Shown piece by piece: positions 1-12,780 of a stretch of DNA of 64,000 nt. A model generated the notes under the pieces. That model did no database searches, was not told where the DNA came from, and was given only the letters and a program-made list of their open reading frames with translations. The stretch is from Phoronis australis (Eukaryota; Animalia; Phoronida): NCBI GenBank assembly GCA_002633005.1, contig NMRA01000063.1:604427-668426 (forward strand), in the 5' to 3' direction. Position 1 is the stretch's first letter; each line of letters starts with the position of its first letter. The position numbers were made by a program, and so were the translations under genes.

Positions 1-304
1 TTCCTGTTCAACAACTCCAGCTTCTCTTCAAGCTCTCTAACTATCATGAATATCCCAGACCTTGAAAATCTAAATCTGTCGTCGATTGGATTAGTTCTGT
101 CACGGAAAATTCTTTCTTCAACAGCAATATGAGCTTGATCAGCCATTTTATTGCTTAAGGGACTCAACTTAGGGACTTACATTCAGTAACCCCAAAAGTT
201 GAGTCCCTATTTAATGCCTAAACTAACTGGGAACTTTTCATGCAACAGTCCCTAAACTTTAGGAACGTCCCTAACATTTAAGGGCTGTTTCATGCAACCG
301 GGCA
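1..304 (-). mobile_element. Harbinger/PIF transposon 5' end with HARBI1-like transposase N-terminus (runs off window)
   Basis: Minus-strand ATG at 146 gives MADQAHIAVEERIFRDRTNPIDDRFRFSRSGIFMIVRELEEKLELLNR. The 'RIFRDRTNP..D...FRF' pattern is typical of HARBI1-type nucleases. The terminus 'tttcatgcaaccgggca' resembles the end of a related fragment at ~22515-22917. Confidence 0.7.
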
Positions 305-756
305 CAGAAACCCAGTGATAATGTAACAGAGCTATGGGAGATCAAACTATTACTGAGGGTAAACATCTGACTACTTATTATTTACTGGCTGCAAATTGAC
401 TTCAAAACATCACTTTAGGAAGCAACTCTAATGAGATATTAGTATAAAGCCAGTAGACTCCACTTCAACTTTGTAAGAATCTACTCTCAAAGTACACAGC
501 ACTAAATCTACTATCACATAATCAGCACAAATTGAAATTCTGAAAACAAAACACTAAACAACATAATTTATCTCTCAAACAACGGCTGAGTTACCTTAAC
601 ACGAATTCACTACCCAAATGACATGCACTCACTAAACTATTTTGAAATACAAAAATTGAAGAGGCTTAATCGGATTGGTTTCAAAAACCCTTCACTGTCT
701 ATCACGGTCATCCCCGGTGATGTCATCACCATCCATGAAATGAAGGTGACCTCTAA

Positions 757-870
757 ATATCAATCAATTAATGCAACAAGCTGTGCTCTGTTCAGGCGTT
801 TTATCATGGACATGACATTTAATCTATAACAGGTGTGCGAAGGCGGCCAGGTGAAAAATATGAAGCAACA
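757..870 (-). CDS. Possible downstream exon of the minus-strand transcript
   Basis: Minus strand has a branch-like CTAAC, then ...tcctttcag|TGTTGC. In phase 2 after the 11040 donor it reads (G)VASYFSPGRLRTTCYRLNVMSMIKRLNRAQLVALID*. No homology recognised. Confidence 0.2.
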
Positions 871-1668
871 CTGAAAGGATGATAGACTGATGATGCAAGA
901 GCTGAACAAGTTAGTTTCACTAACTTAAGCATATTTCACCTTCTGTGCTCTGGGTCAATTCTTAAAGACGACACATTAACCCTCAGTTTACTGTCCTATA
1001 ATACCTGTAATAACGATCCATTTATTTGAGGGATGTTCTCACCTGGTCATAGGCAATCATCACCTAACAGTGTTTGCCCAGATAACCTGCTGCCTCTAAT
1101 TAACTACAACGTTACCACACATTCACGGCTAAGCCAGGATGTAACCTGGCCGCCACGTATCCAATAAGAAATCTAAAATTATGTAGGACGACTAAAAATG
1201 TCCAAATTTGGCTAACTTCGGAATGTTGTATCTCAGAAAACACTTTTCGGACTCCTATAAAACTTTCAAATACAATAGTATACTTTATGCACAGTTCTCC
1301 AAAACACCATTGGGGAATATCATATAAACGTTCCACTTTTGTATGAGGGCCTATAAAGAATAGCACTTTTATAATTTTTATGACAAAGACAAAATTTGCA
1401 AAAACGAAAACAAAATATTTTCGAAAATGTGACAGCACTATTTGTGATTTCATATTGAACATTCACAACAAATGAAATTTGGTCACGTTATTGATACTGT
1501 TGTTTTGATATGAATTAACCTGTTTTGATAAATTTTATTAAAAAGAGTTGAACACCTGACCCAATTAATTTCAGACTGGCATTAGGTTAAAAAGTTACAG
1601 ACTTGCAACTTTCAAAAATATTTAATTATCAGAGTTAATTTCTACAATTGTGTTGATATTTGGCCAGG

Positions 1669-1725
1669 CTTGTCAATAACGTCCTACCTTGTCAATAACG
1701 TCCTACCTTGTCAATAACGTTCTAA
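1669..1725. repeat. 19-bp tandem repeat, ~3 copies
   Basis: cttgtcaataacgtcctac repeated. Confidence 0.85.
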
Positions 1726-1860
1726 GTAACCTTACATGTTTTGGACTACTTTTCCACAAGGTGCTCATTTTCAAATCAAACCAGTCATGATGCATCCACA
1801 TTACAGATATTATGTAGCAATAGCTGTTAAATACTTAGGCACAATCAACATAGTGTAGAA

Positions 1861-2214
1861 CAGTCTGAGTGAGACCCCATGGACGATGTCACCCTCAGTC
1901 TGAGTGAGACCCCATGGATGGTATCACCCTCAGTCTGAGTCAGACCCTATGAACGGCACAGTCACCCTCAGTCCGAGTCAGCCCCATAGATGGTGTCACC
2001 CTCAGCCTGGGTGAGACCCCATGGATGGTGTCACCCTCAGTCTGAGTGAGACCCCATGGAAGGTGCCACCCTCAGTATGAGTGAGACCCCATGGAAGGTG
2101 CCACCCTCAGTATGAGTGAGACCCCATGGAAGGTGTCACCCTCAGTCTGAGTCAGACCCCATGGAAGGTGTCACCCTCAGTCTGAGTCAGACCCAATGGA
2201 TGGTGTCACCCTCA
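1861..2214. repeat. 35-bp minisatellite, ~10 copies
   Basis: Unit cagtctgagtgagaccccatggaaggtgtcaccct, head-to-tail with no spacers. Confidence 0.95.
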
Positions 2215-3631
2215 AGGCAGGTTTCGGACAAAGCTTCCTGTTTCTGCCTATCCCCAGCCTCTGCCATCAAAACGAGATCATATGTTTCATCAAGTATAAA
2301 TTTGGCGTGATAGAGCCTTTATTAGTTTAAAGAAAGGACTGTATAAAAAATATTTTTTTGACTATGTCGTGTTGTCCTTGCCAATGACGTCAGTTTTACA
2401 TAGAGTTTGAAAGTAATGCTCTATTAGTAAACTGCATGTTCAGTATAAAGCGTAAAGATAATGGTCAACTTGGTGCCATGTTACATATCACTATGAAAAT
2501 TAGAAGTACTCTTTAGGTGGACAGGATGTAAGGCAAGACTGCATTATATTGAGTATGCCACTAAGTATGATTGCACCACTTAGGCACAATAGTCTTCAGT
2601 TGGTAATGTCTCACAATAGTGCCAGATATGGTGTAAATGGATTCCAAGGACCTACCCAATTCTGGGTATTACATCAGTAAAATGAACCACTAACCTCAGA
2701 ATTTCAATGCCCTGGATCTCTGATCTACCCTTGTGACAAATCATTAACCACTTCTCCTGAGCAAATAGGCACACAACCTCCTACACCCATATCAACAGTT
2801 CCCGATGTGTCACCTTACCACAATCGATCCAATTATTACAACCACAACCATTAGAAATGCAAGCCAAATAGGCAATTCAAGCTGGAAAGCAACACAAAAG
2901 CCCAACAGCCCACCACAGGGCTATGGACAGAAGAGGAAGGTTTTTTTAAAAAACTGTGGGCGGACAGACATTGACTCATGAGGTGATGGGATGTGGACAA
3001 CCCTAGGGGTTGAAGTTGAAACTAAAAATAAAAATGGGAAAGAGGTTGCTAAGGAAGCTGAAGTTTGGATTAATGCCATTGACACATTTTTGAGATAGCT
3101 GATCCACTTTCAAGAGTGTTGACTTCCGTCAGATAATGTAGTGAAAGATGTTCTGTAGAAATGAATCTATGGGCAGTTTAACTAACCAATGAACAAAAAC
3201 AAATTTGGGAAATAGCATTACCCTGTCACGTTACTAAAGCACTGGCCATGGCACATTTTTCAAAAATAGAGGTATTATACTGGTCAAACTGCAATGGTTA
3301 AAAATTACGATGTGTCCCAATGAATGTTGAACATACTAATGGTGCTTGCCGCATATCAAAAAAGAATCCAGCCAGTACAAGGTAGAATGTTAAAATGAAC
3401 CCAGCCAGAACAAGGAAGTATGTAGAAATCTCACCAATTTATTACAAAATTTGGCAAATGGGTGAAATTTCATTTTGTAATTCTCAATTTTTCACAAATG
3501 ATATACAGTACAAGAATGCTTTGTTATAGCCAAGCTCTGCTCCATAGCTACCAACAGTAAATACTATGAAATATCATGAACATTCACAACCATTACGATA
3601 AAAGACTATGACAAATGAACATAGAGCAATA

Positions 3632-6600
3632 CTGTATTTGCCCTAATAAGTGCCCATGCCCTATAAGCGCCCCCATGCCTTTTCAAACTTCGCTGAAATA
3701 AGCGCCCACGAACGTGTACATGTGAAAAATGTCTTACCTAACCTCCTAAAATTTTACAATAACAGCAAGGAGTGTACTATTACACTCCTTGATAAAAGTC
3801 TTCAATTTATCAACAAGATCCAGCAGACCTGAAAAAATCATTGTGCACGGAATTTATAGACCACTAGCCTCGCCGCAATGTCGGTATTTAGCCGTGACTA
3901 TACACTTCAAACTTCTGCCGTGTTTCAAAAACAACGCAAAGTTTTGCTGATTTCGCGAGGAAAGTGTCCCATTATGGTCTGGTCTCTCTGAACAGACATA
4001 CATACTTGTCATTGACTGATGTTAAGCTGCTGGCTCACCAACACACCTTCGAGGAGACTTCGTCCTAACTGCTTGAAGCCGGTATTACTTATGGACATGC
4101 TGCTAAAAGTTGCAATAAGAGCTGTGCCCGAGTGTTGTCAAATCAGATGTTGACAGGCAACGTCAGCCCTGGACTTCTTTTTATTAATTTATTTATTTAC
4201 TTATTTATTGTGATAATTTAAAATGAGGGTGACCTCTTCGGTGATAGCACTGCTTTCTAAGAGGGCCCTGAACAACAAAAACAGTAATATAACACAATGA
4301 AGTAATGAAACAACAATTAAATATATGACAAAGATACAATTAAAACAGGTTGAGAATTAAGACAATGAATAAATGATGAAGAATGGTGAAAATTTTACTA
4401 AGAGAGATGAAATAAATAAAGAGATGACTCTAAACAGTGAGAGTATTTATGACAATGAGAAAAAATGACATGATTAAGACAAGTAGGGTATAAAAAGGTT
4501 AGGTAAATTACAGCCAATTTTAATATTAAGTTTAAAAGTATTTATTGAATTTGACCATTTAATTTCTGGGCTAAGAGAATTCCATATTGTAGCAGCAGCA
4601 CAGATAAAAGATCTCTTGCCGGTCTCGGTTTTAATTTTTTGAACGAAACATTTCCAACAACAGAAGAATGGGTAGAATATACAGCTTGACTGCTATTAAA
4701 TTTTTGGCTGAGATATGCTGGAGCCAAGCCATTGATACATCTGTACGTACAACAAGCAGAAATATTTATTTCTTTGTTTTACTTTTATAAATCCCAGCTT
4801 GGAATACAAATCATCGACCCTGGTGTCCCTAATTCTAGTACTCAGGATTTCCGGTCGTATGAGTAGTTCCTAAACCAAAGGAGTTCGTTATCATTAACTC
4901 CATAGGACTCTAGTTTCTGTAATAGGATACCATGGTCCACAGTGTCAAAGGCTTTCTTAAGGTCAACAAAGACAGCACCAGTAAGCCTCCCCTGATCCAT
5001 ATTATTAAAGAAAAACTCAGTAGCACGAATATTTGTAGTCAGAGTAGAATGCAAGGGGCGGAAACCAGACCGAGAGAAGGGAATTTTCTCCAGGTGAAAC
5101 TGCTTTTGGACACACCTTTCAATAATTTTGGACACTACAGGGAGGACCGATATTGGTCTATAATTCTCGCAACTGTACTTTTCACCATCTTTAAAAACAG
5201 GAGTAACAACCGCCATCTTCCATTCTCTAGGAATATGGCTGTTTTTAAACTCAAATTCATGATATTCGTAAGGGGCTCAGCTATTTGCTGAGATGCCAGT
5301 TTTAATAGTTTGGCATCAATAATGCTATCGATGCCTCTGGCACTACTAGAGTTCAGAGTGTTTATTTGTTCTCGGACGTAGCCGGCTTGAATGTCACGGG
5401 AATGGTCTAGGGAGGGGATTAATGCACCAGCATATCCCCAATGATCCTGTCCTTGACAGGTATTACAGGTATTACATTCATCGGGATTGAATCTTTCACG
5501 TACAGTTTCCAATTCTTATCCTTCAGCAGGATTCCAAATTACTTTGTAGACGTGAAAACCGCGAATCGACAACTGGTGCTCACAGTATGCCATTCAGCTG
5601 ACGACTGTCTCACGAATAAAAAAATTGTTGTTAAAGCACATGGCCAGGAAGCGCACGCTACATACCTGTCACCTGCAATCACAGACATTTGTCTTCGTGA
5701 ACTATTTATGAAACTTCAGGTAGCGTAAGAGGAATTGTTTTATTGATCACTTTTTAATTTATTCATAATTGGTGCTTTTGAGGTCAAATACATGATAAAA
5801 TGCCCCACTGATAGTGAACACCCTCGCACCCAAATCTCCCAGAAAATAACTGTCAGTCACATGTCCAGTCATCCAGCGACTCAATGACATTACTATACAT
5901 AGGCCCTACCGAGACAATTCTCACATGTTTTAATAGTAGATGAGACCAGCAAGTGCTAAATAAAACACGTTCTGTGTTACTGCTTATGTTAATTTCTTTA
6001 GTTACAATGTGCACCTAGATCGTTACATTGTGTTTACTCCGACAAATGAACACTGATGACACACCTAGATTTACATTGTGTTTACTTCGACAAATGAAGA
6101 CTGATGACACGCACGTGCTCGCTCACTCACACATGCAGATGATCTTCAAAACAAACATCACGTGACAACAACAAGTGTATTCGTCCAGAGATTTTTCTCG
6201 TGTAGCGGGGTACGGTCTTGCGCATATTTGGGCCTATCCTGCTGTTAATCCCAACTCCACAGGAACTTAAAAATACTAGGGACGCTATTTGGAAAACTTA
6301 AGTGAGGATTTCAGGTAATTTATGGAGTCGAAACTATTTTTATTCAAGCTGCCATATCGATGATCGCGAGGCAGCGATGCATCGGCGAGTTTTCACCCAT
6401 AGATTTCAGCACAATTTTCTGTAAAACGATCATAATTTAACAACGAAGTTTGATAACAATGCACCACAGTTTTGTACAAAGTCTGTCATAGGCTACAGAT
6501 ACGTCACATAGCGTAAATTTGATGAATCCTAGCTTCCGATTTCTCGGAGACTGGGTTTCAACCGCCTTAGGTTAACATAATCACCCTACCCCCCAAAACG

Positions 6601-6640
6601 AATTTTTCTACGTGCCCGGGTGCTTTTAGGGCAAACACGG
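3632..6640. mobile_element. Non-autonomous TIR element (Tc1/mariner-like terminus) interrupted by a LINE
   Basis: Left 'ta|ctgtatttgccctaataagtgccc' is the imperfect inverted match of right 'gggtgcttttagggcaaacacgg'. The same terminal style occurs in the CCGTA elements at 13.4, 27.7 and 37.9 kb. Confidence 0.6.
4180..5515 (-). mobile_element. 5'-truncated, decayed CR1/L2-clade LINE (reverse transcriptase remnant)
   Basis: ORF 4842-5216 has 'VTPVFKDG...NYRPISVLPVVSKIIER...SGFRPLHST...VFVDLKKAFDTVDHGILLQKLESYG'. Upstream and downstream ORF2 fragments are frameshifted. An AT-rich 3' tail (AATA)n lies at ~4180-4210. Confidence 0.92.
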
Positions 6641-6729
6641 AAAATATGGAAATGGTATTTTCACAAGACGCAATAATGGCAACTGCTTTTGTCCAAAATT
6701 TTTGAAATTTACCGTATTGTAAAATATCA

Positions 6730-8160
6730 GCAAGAGCAACGCGGAGCATTGAAATGCACCCACAAATGCACCACAAACGGTGTGCTTCTAGGATTGTTGA
6801 TTTGTTTCATAAAAATGGCCACTAGATGGCGCAAAAATGTCCAATCCATCTGGAAACGGGAACATGCCATCGCTTCTTTAAGAGAAAGCTATTTACCAAA
6901 TTTCATAAAAACCTGTCAAGGAACTTCCGAGAAACAAAGGACAACGGAAAAAAATGAAATTGCCACTAGGGGGCACAGCATTCGTTGGATCTGCCTGAAA
7001 GGTGTCTTCGTCTGTTGTTAGCTTCATATAAGTACAATTACTAAATCTAATAAAGATCCTGCAGTGGGTTTAGGAGATGCAGCTATGGGTGCAAAACAGA
7101 ACAAAACTACCACTAGGAGGCGTCGCATTAGTTGAATTCGTCATCATCAACCGAACTATCTCTAGTACGTAATAAACATTGGAGACATACCCGATACTCA
7201 AATGCTGGCAATTTAGTTGTACCAAACTACAAAACATCCAAGTACAGAAGTACTTTCTTTGTAGATGGAGTGTTTGCCTGGAATGGTTTACCATTAGCTA
7301 TTAAATCAATTACTATTAAACGTGCATTTAGAAGTAACTTAATAACTTATTTATCATCTAACTGTATATCTGCATGCATGTCAAAAATTGTATATATTAA
7401 TGAACTTACTAATTTATTTCATTTTTCATTCATCTGTACATATCATTGTTCATCTTATTTATTTATTTTATTTATCTATTTATTGTAATTTCGAAGACCA
7501 TGTGGTAGATAAGTTTTACACTTAACATGTTTTTTATCCTCTATAAATAAAGTTATTAGTTATTAGTAATCTGTTGTCAACATCACATAAATACACTTGC
7601 TAAATTAAGTAAAGATTCTACAAACGGTTTAATATTACATACAGCCACGGGCGCAAAAAAAACCTGCCACTAGGAGGCGCCATAGCAGTCAAAGTCATTG
7701 GAAAATCATCTTCATCTGTCCTCTTTGAAGCAAGAACATACATACCAATTTTCACAATCATCCTTAGAGCCGCTTGGTTGATAGAACGGCAGACGGGGAA
7801 AAAGAGACTAGAAAACAGTAAAAATGGCCACTAGGTGGCACAAACTAGGTCAAGTCCATCTGAAAACGGGAGGATAGCGTCATCTCACTAATAGATGCCT
7901 ATATGCCAAATTTTATGCAAATATGTTGAGGTCCTTTGAATATACAGAGGTAAACATAAAAAATTAAAATTGCCACTAGGGAGCACACCGGTACTCAGAT
8001 CCATCCGAAAGTTCGCTCATGCCGTCCCATCCATGAAAAGGAACATATGTGCAAAATTTCATGAACCTAAGTCAAAGGGTTTTGGAGATAAAGCAGCAGA
8101 CGTTGGATGGATGGAGATGACGGCATAATGCGTCCACATATAAATATGTGGGCGCATAAA
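6730..8160 (+). mobile_element. Helentron-associated (HINE/DINE-like) element with internal ~150-bp tandem repeats
   Basis: Starts 'caagagcaacgcggagcattgaaatgcaccca'. Ends in a GGAT microsatellite and a hairpin 'atgcgtccacatat-aa-atatgtgggcgcat' followed by AAAA, with a subterminal IR (atgcaccca/tgggcgcat). An inverted sister copy lies at 42586-44265. Confidence 0.7.
7170..7570 (+). mobile_element. 3' end of CR1/L2 LINE nested in the HINE element
   Basis: ORF2 C-terminal-like 'NLVVPNYKTSKYRSTFFVDGVFAWNGLPLAIKS...AFRSNLITYL', followed by a 3' UTR ending aataaagttattagttattag. Confidence 0.75.
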
Positions 8161-9679
8161 ACCAACAAACATTTGATACTACAAAACCAAAACAATAATG
8201 AATTCAACTGATAAAACAAAACACTGAGCATCACTAACGGAAATCAATTCAGTAATACATTTCAAACATGGTTATTGGTAGTTTTGTAAACTAACGCTGG
8301 CAATAATCTAAACCACAACTTTTTCTGTTCAGGTCCAGCAAATAAACTTTTCTTCCAATGTTTTGTTTTACTGTTACTAGACTGATAGTGCCAGTGCATT
8401 GACAAATGTGAGCAGCTGTCTCTAGCTATCATCACTTCTTGTTGCAATGGTTATCACAAACCTCATTCTTAGCTAACTGTCTATCATGCAAAGCAACAGA
8501 CACCATAGAAATACGCAGACATCACATGCTTTTCACATATCACCAAGCCACTGAGACTCCAAGCACAGTTGACACTATGTCATCATACATATGACACTTA
8601 CCCTTCTTCTATCTACACTGGACTGGGCTTGTTCTTTAGTCAATGTTCCGAAAATTGTTGGCTGAAACAAAAAACTGTTCATGCATGACCAGGTGTATCA
8701 CTTTCACTCCCCCTTCTAATGTTAATGCAGAGGTCATTGACAGTATGGGCTTCAACACAATTCAGGAAGAGCCCAACTTAGCAAGAGGGTGTCTAAGCCT
8801 ATAGAAACCTGACTTAATCATCCCAATCAAAACATGAAGCTGTACAATACTTGAGTAGGGCACATCTTTCAGGATGCAGGAACCAGTAGACTTGAATGAT
8901 AACCAGGTACTGTGTTTACCATTTTATCAAAGAAAGTAGTTTGAAGATGAGTCACTCACTGTGGTGAGACAACGACCAACTTTTTATTTGTTGAATTCAG
9001 GATGGGCATTAACAGGATTTGTCCAAGCTTAAAATTGAAAATACATTTACACATATTGGGTTAATGTTTGCAAAACAAATAAATCCAACAGTTTAGTAAT
9101 CTTCTTGGTAACAGCAGTTAGACAGAGCATGTTTTTGTCAATGACTATAAGAGTGATTCACATGTTGGGTTGTACTGGAAAACCCTAATTCTATTTTGTC
9201 AAATTTCTCCAAACAATAAAAAGATTACAAAGAGCAATTCTAGACTATTACTGGCATGGTCTGTACTGTGTAGATGTCATAAAATAACATTTGGTAAATT
9301 TTCTATTATTTGTAAGAACGTAATCAGCCTTTGAAAAAGCTGGAAAATGACAAATTATTTCTTGCATGAAATAAGTTGAGAATGTTTGGAGTAAAGTTTC
9401 TCATTGGAATGACCATTGAGAACATTCAATGAATGCTTAAGAATTCTTTAGTATGACAAGTTCCACCCATTTATAGCAGATGACACAAAAGTGCCACTTG
9501 GTGTCAATGTTTACATGTCTAGAACCATGACCTATAGAATGATGCCATGTGACATTTCCATAACAAAATAAACCAAAACACAGACAACAGATCCAGTAAA
9601 TATCATTAATGTTATAAAAAACTGTAAACCCATTTAGGTTCATTTAGGTTCCAAACGCCCATTGCTGATTAGGTTAAAA

Positions 9680-10750
9680 TGAAAGCACTCCGAGGAGCGA
9701 AACTTGGCGAAATTAACAGAAAAGACGACGACAGAGATGATGATGAAGATGACGGATATGACGACGATTGTGGCGATGATGAACAATACAAGTAATGATA
9801 ACAATCATATGACGAAGGTAGAGGTCAGAAATCAGTAGGAAATAGGATACAGTCTTGAGTGACACTTGGCGAAATTAATTGAAAAGACGACGACGGAGAT
9901 GATGATGAAGTTGACGAATATGATGATGATGGTGGCGATGATAACATCATAACATTCATATGACGAACTTAGGTGTCATAAATCAGTAAGAAATATGCTA
10001 CAGTCTTGTTAAATATAAGCTTAAACCAACATCAATGCAGCAAGAGCACTCAACACAGAAACAGCACTATCAAAAACTCTTGAATAATTCAAAAAGTAGA
10101 CGTCCTAGCGAAAAATGAAAAATATCTTCTGAAAGCCCGTTCAAAACTCTATCTAACTCGTTAGTTGTAAAAAATTTCGTAATTTTTTTAAAAAACTGAA
10201 ATTTTGCGGTTTTTTTTGAAATTCAAAGTCAAATAACTCGAAAACGGTAAGTCTGAGAAAAAGATTGTTGGGGTCATTTGAAAGAATATACCCCAGAGAA
10301 TCCACATGCAAAAATTCACATCATTTTCTCTTTTGTTTAAAATAGCACTCCGGCACAAGTGAAAATGGGTCAACATGCGCCAGATCTGCCACCTTGGAAT
10401 CAACTTCCGTTTTTTTAGGATTTATTAATAGCTAGATATTTCCGGATTCTTTGATTGGAAGTTATCATGGATAGTTCAATTTTTCTACCGATTTTCAGCC
10501 CTGTACTTCAAAAATTACGACTTCTATGAGCAATTGAATCTGAAATTGGAATCAAAATGGCCGCCATATCCACCATCTTGGATCCGATTATAACGAAAAA
10601 CAATAGGGGTCCTGTACTCATAGGTGTACAACTTGTGTGAAAGTTTCGTGATGGTCGGACGAAAATTGCGACCTGTATCGTGCGAACACACAAAAAAAAT
10701 TAGTGACAGAGCAATATACTTGGCGAAATTTATTTTGCCAAGTAACAAAT
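9680..10750 (+). mobile_element. Second HINE/Helentron-type non-autonomous element with duplicated (GAT/GAC)n blocks
   Basis: 5' motif 'acttggcgaaatt' recurs at ~9702, ~9864 and in the terminal hairpin 'acttggcgaaatttattttgccaagt' at ~10718-10744. A ~160-bp internal duplication contains GAT microsatellites. Confidence 0.55.
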
Positions 10751-11039
10751 TGTGTCAGAACTGTGATTTTGACAAGCCAGTAAAGAAATTGAGATACAGA
10801 GTTCATAACTGATTTTTAGTAGCAAAATTACACCCAAGTTAGGTTTCATAGACGATGCTTCATTAAAGTTTCTGTCTACGTTTCACGGTCTTTTCCCCAA
10901 GTCCTCTGAGTACATGAAAGACACAGCTATGAAAGTATTTTGTATCTGTGAAAAGGACTAAAAGTTTGGAAGCAGCTAACCATTGAAATTAATTCTACAA
11001 CTGATAAATATCAAAAAAATCCGTCAACCCAGTACTCAC

Positions 11040-11269
11040 CCGTTGCTTTGGAGTCTGTTTAAGTCCGATCGCAGGCTGACTTCTGGACGACTGAAAGATG
11101 AGAAATGAAATGTATTGGCCACCAAACAGAAGAGTAGAGACAGATGATATAGCACGATATCAACGGGTGTATGCTCGATAAAACAACATAGGCACCAAGC
11201 AGGATCAGACTGGGTAGATATGATGGTGAGATATGTTGCCACAGCACCTACTGAGAATCCTGCAGAGAT
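11040..11269 (-). CDS. Candidate internal exon (hydrophobic/Cys-containing peptide) of minus-strand transcript
   Basis: Acceptor ttgcctgtttgtgtcag|ATC (alternative ctctgcag|GAT at 11259) and donor CGG|gtgagt. One frame is fully open: ISAGFSVGAVATYLTIISTQSDPAWCLCCFIEHTPVDIVLYHLSLLFCLVANTFHFSSFSRPEVSLRSDLNRLQSN. Confidence 0.6.
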
Positions 11270-11904
11270 CTGACACAAACAGGCAAGATAAGAGGCGTGT
11301 TCATAGTAATGATAGTAATCAAAACAGTGATGAGGAAATCAACTGCAAAAAAATGAGAGGGAAATGTTATCATTATTGCAGGCACTAAAAATGAACAATA
11401 TTGAAAAGCTTTATAATTGGTTTACCCATGTAATATACATACAGTTTATGGTTATGGAGTTTTCAATAAATCAGATACTACTAAATACAAATATATCTGT
11501 CAATTAATTTCGTCATTAGAAAAGTTTGAGGAAAAACTGAGTTTCTAGCATCAGAACAGACTTGGTGTTATTTTTACGACAGTCTACGGTAATCTGTCAA
11601 GTGCACACAAAAATAACTTTTCAAAAATGTTAATGAGAAGTCCTCTCGAATTATAAACCTTCAAAATGCTTAACGTAAAACTTTGATAAAAATAGACTGA
11701 AAAAAGGTTACTGTACTTAAAAGTTAGCATACTGTGTCTCCTCATCAAGTATACAATGAGTTTTTATGGTATGCTCCATAGATTTTTTAATTGTAAAACA
11801 TTTTTAAAATCAGTAGACTGTGACTTCTACTTGAAATGCGATGAATGACAATGTAAGGCTCTTCAGTGTGGTTTCCTAGTATTCCGTATACTAAAGACAT
11901 GGAT

Positions 11905-12780
11905 ATTCATATATTTTATACCACAATATTAGCGTCAAATGACAGATGCAACCGTGTAATAACCCATAAAGTTATCTCACAAGTGAGATAACGATTTGGC
12001 GGGAAACCGAGGACGGGGTCGAACCCGGGACCCTAATATTGCTGGTCGCCGACTTTACCACTACACCACGCAGCGACTGACGTCATCAAGAGTGAAAATA
12101 GAATACTTAAATGAGCACGTGCAATAATCGCACGTTCAACAAACCGCATTGAACTGTACTTATACGCTACGAAATAATTTCCATAAAAATGATATCTTAA
12201 TTCGGTAAAATTTTTCTCTCATGTCCTCTTACTCATAAATCACCGATCTCTAGTTTGAATGCGGGTATCGTGTCGTCAGGATCTTTGACTTGAGAATTAT
12301 ATTCAGTTACCAGTGGTAACCTGCTTTAGCAGACGATAATTTCCCGGTCGAAGCCTAGCGTGAAAAAAACGAGTTTTAAGTTATAATAGTTAGTAAACCT
12401 TAATTTATAAATTCAATTTATTTCTATAATATTTAAGTTTTCAATTGGTTTTGAGTAAAAGCATTATTTAACAAAAATAGCCGGGCTTTTCTTAAAAGGT
12501 CACGACCTCCGACCCCGGGCCTCTGACATAGAAAGTAGTTACAAAGCCGTGGAGAGTCAGAAAAGGCAAATCGATTCATTGCAATGTTTCTCGTTTAGTA
12601 TATGGTATAAATAGATTATTACATGTTCTCAGCCGTTATCCCCCTTATCTAGAGCCCTCGTGGATTTTGGAGAATTATCACCCTCGGGGCTAAAGCCCCT
12701 CGGGCGATAATTCTCCAAAATCCACTCGGGCTCTAGATAACGGGGGATAACGACTTCGCCATGTAATAATCTATATTTAT
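11905..12780. mobile_element. Unclassified insertion with tRNA-like segment and ~80-bp-arm terminal hairpin (Crypton-like style)
   Basis: Absent after the second copy of the duplicated block. Has a 'ttatacca...tggtataa' inverted motif and a hairpin at 12611-12774 centred on ggggc-taaa-gcccc. Confidence 0.5.
12003..12074 (-). pseudogene. tRNA-derived sequence (A/B boxes)
   Basis: Minus strand gctgcgTGGTGTAGTGGtaaag...GGTTCGACCCcgtcc. Anticodon and acceptor arms do not pair properly. Confidence 0.55.

Noticed and set aside
1861-2214. 35-bp repeats of CRISPR-like length (also the 34-bp arrays at 33.5 and 63.3 kb)
   Set aside because: Units abut directly with no unique spacers, there are no cas genes, and the context is eukaryotic
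9720-9965. Asp-rich coding-like stretch (GAT/GAC runs)
   Set aside because: Duplicated microsatellite inside a HINE-like element, interrupted by stops
12003-12074. Functional tRNA genes at 12.0, 35.6, 50.9 and 54.6 kb
   Set aside because: A/B boxes are present but acceptor and anticodon stems do not pair, and at least two lie inside repeats
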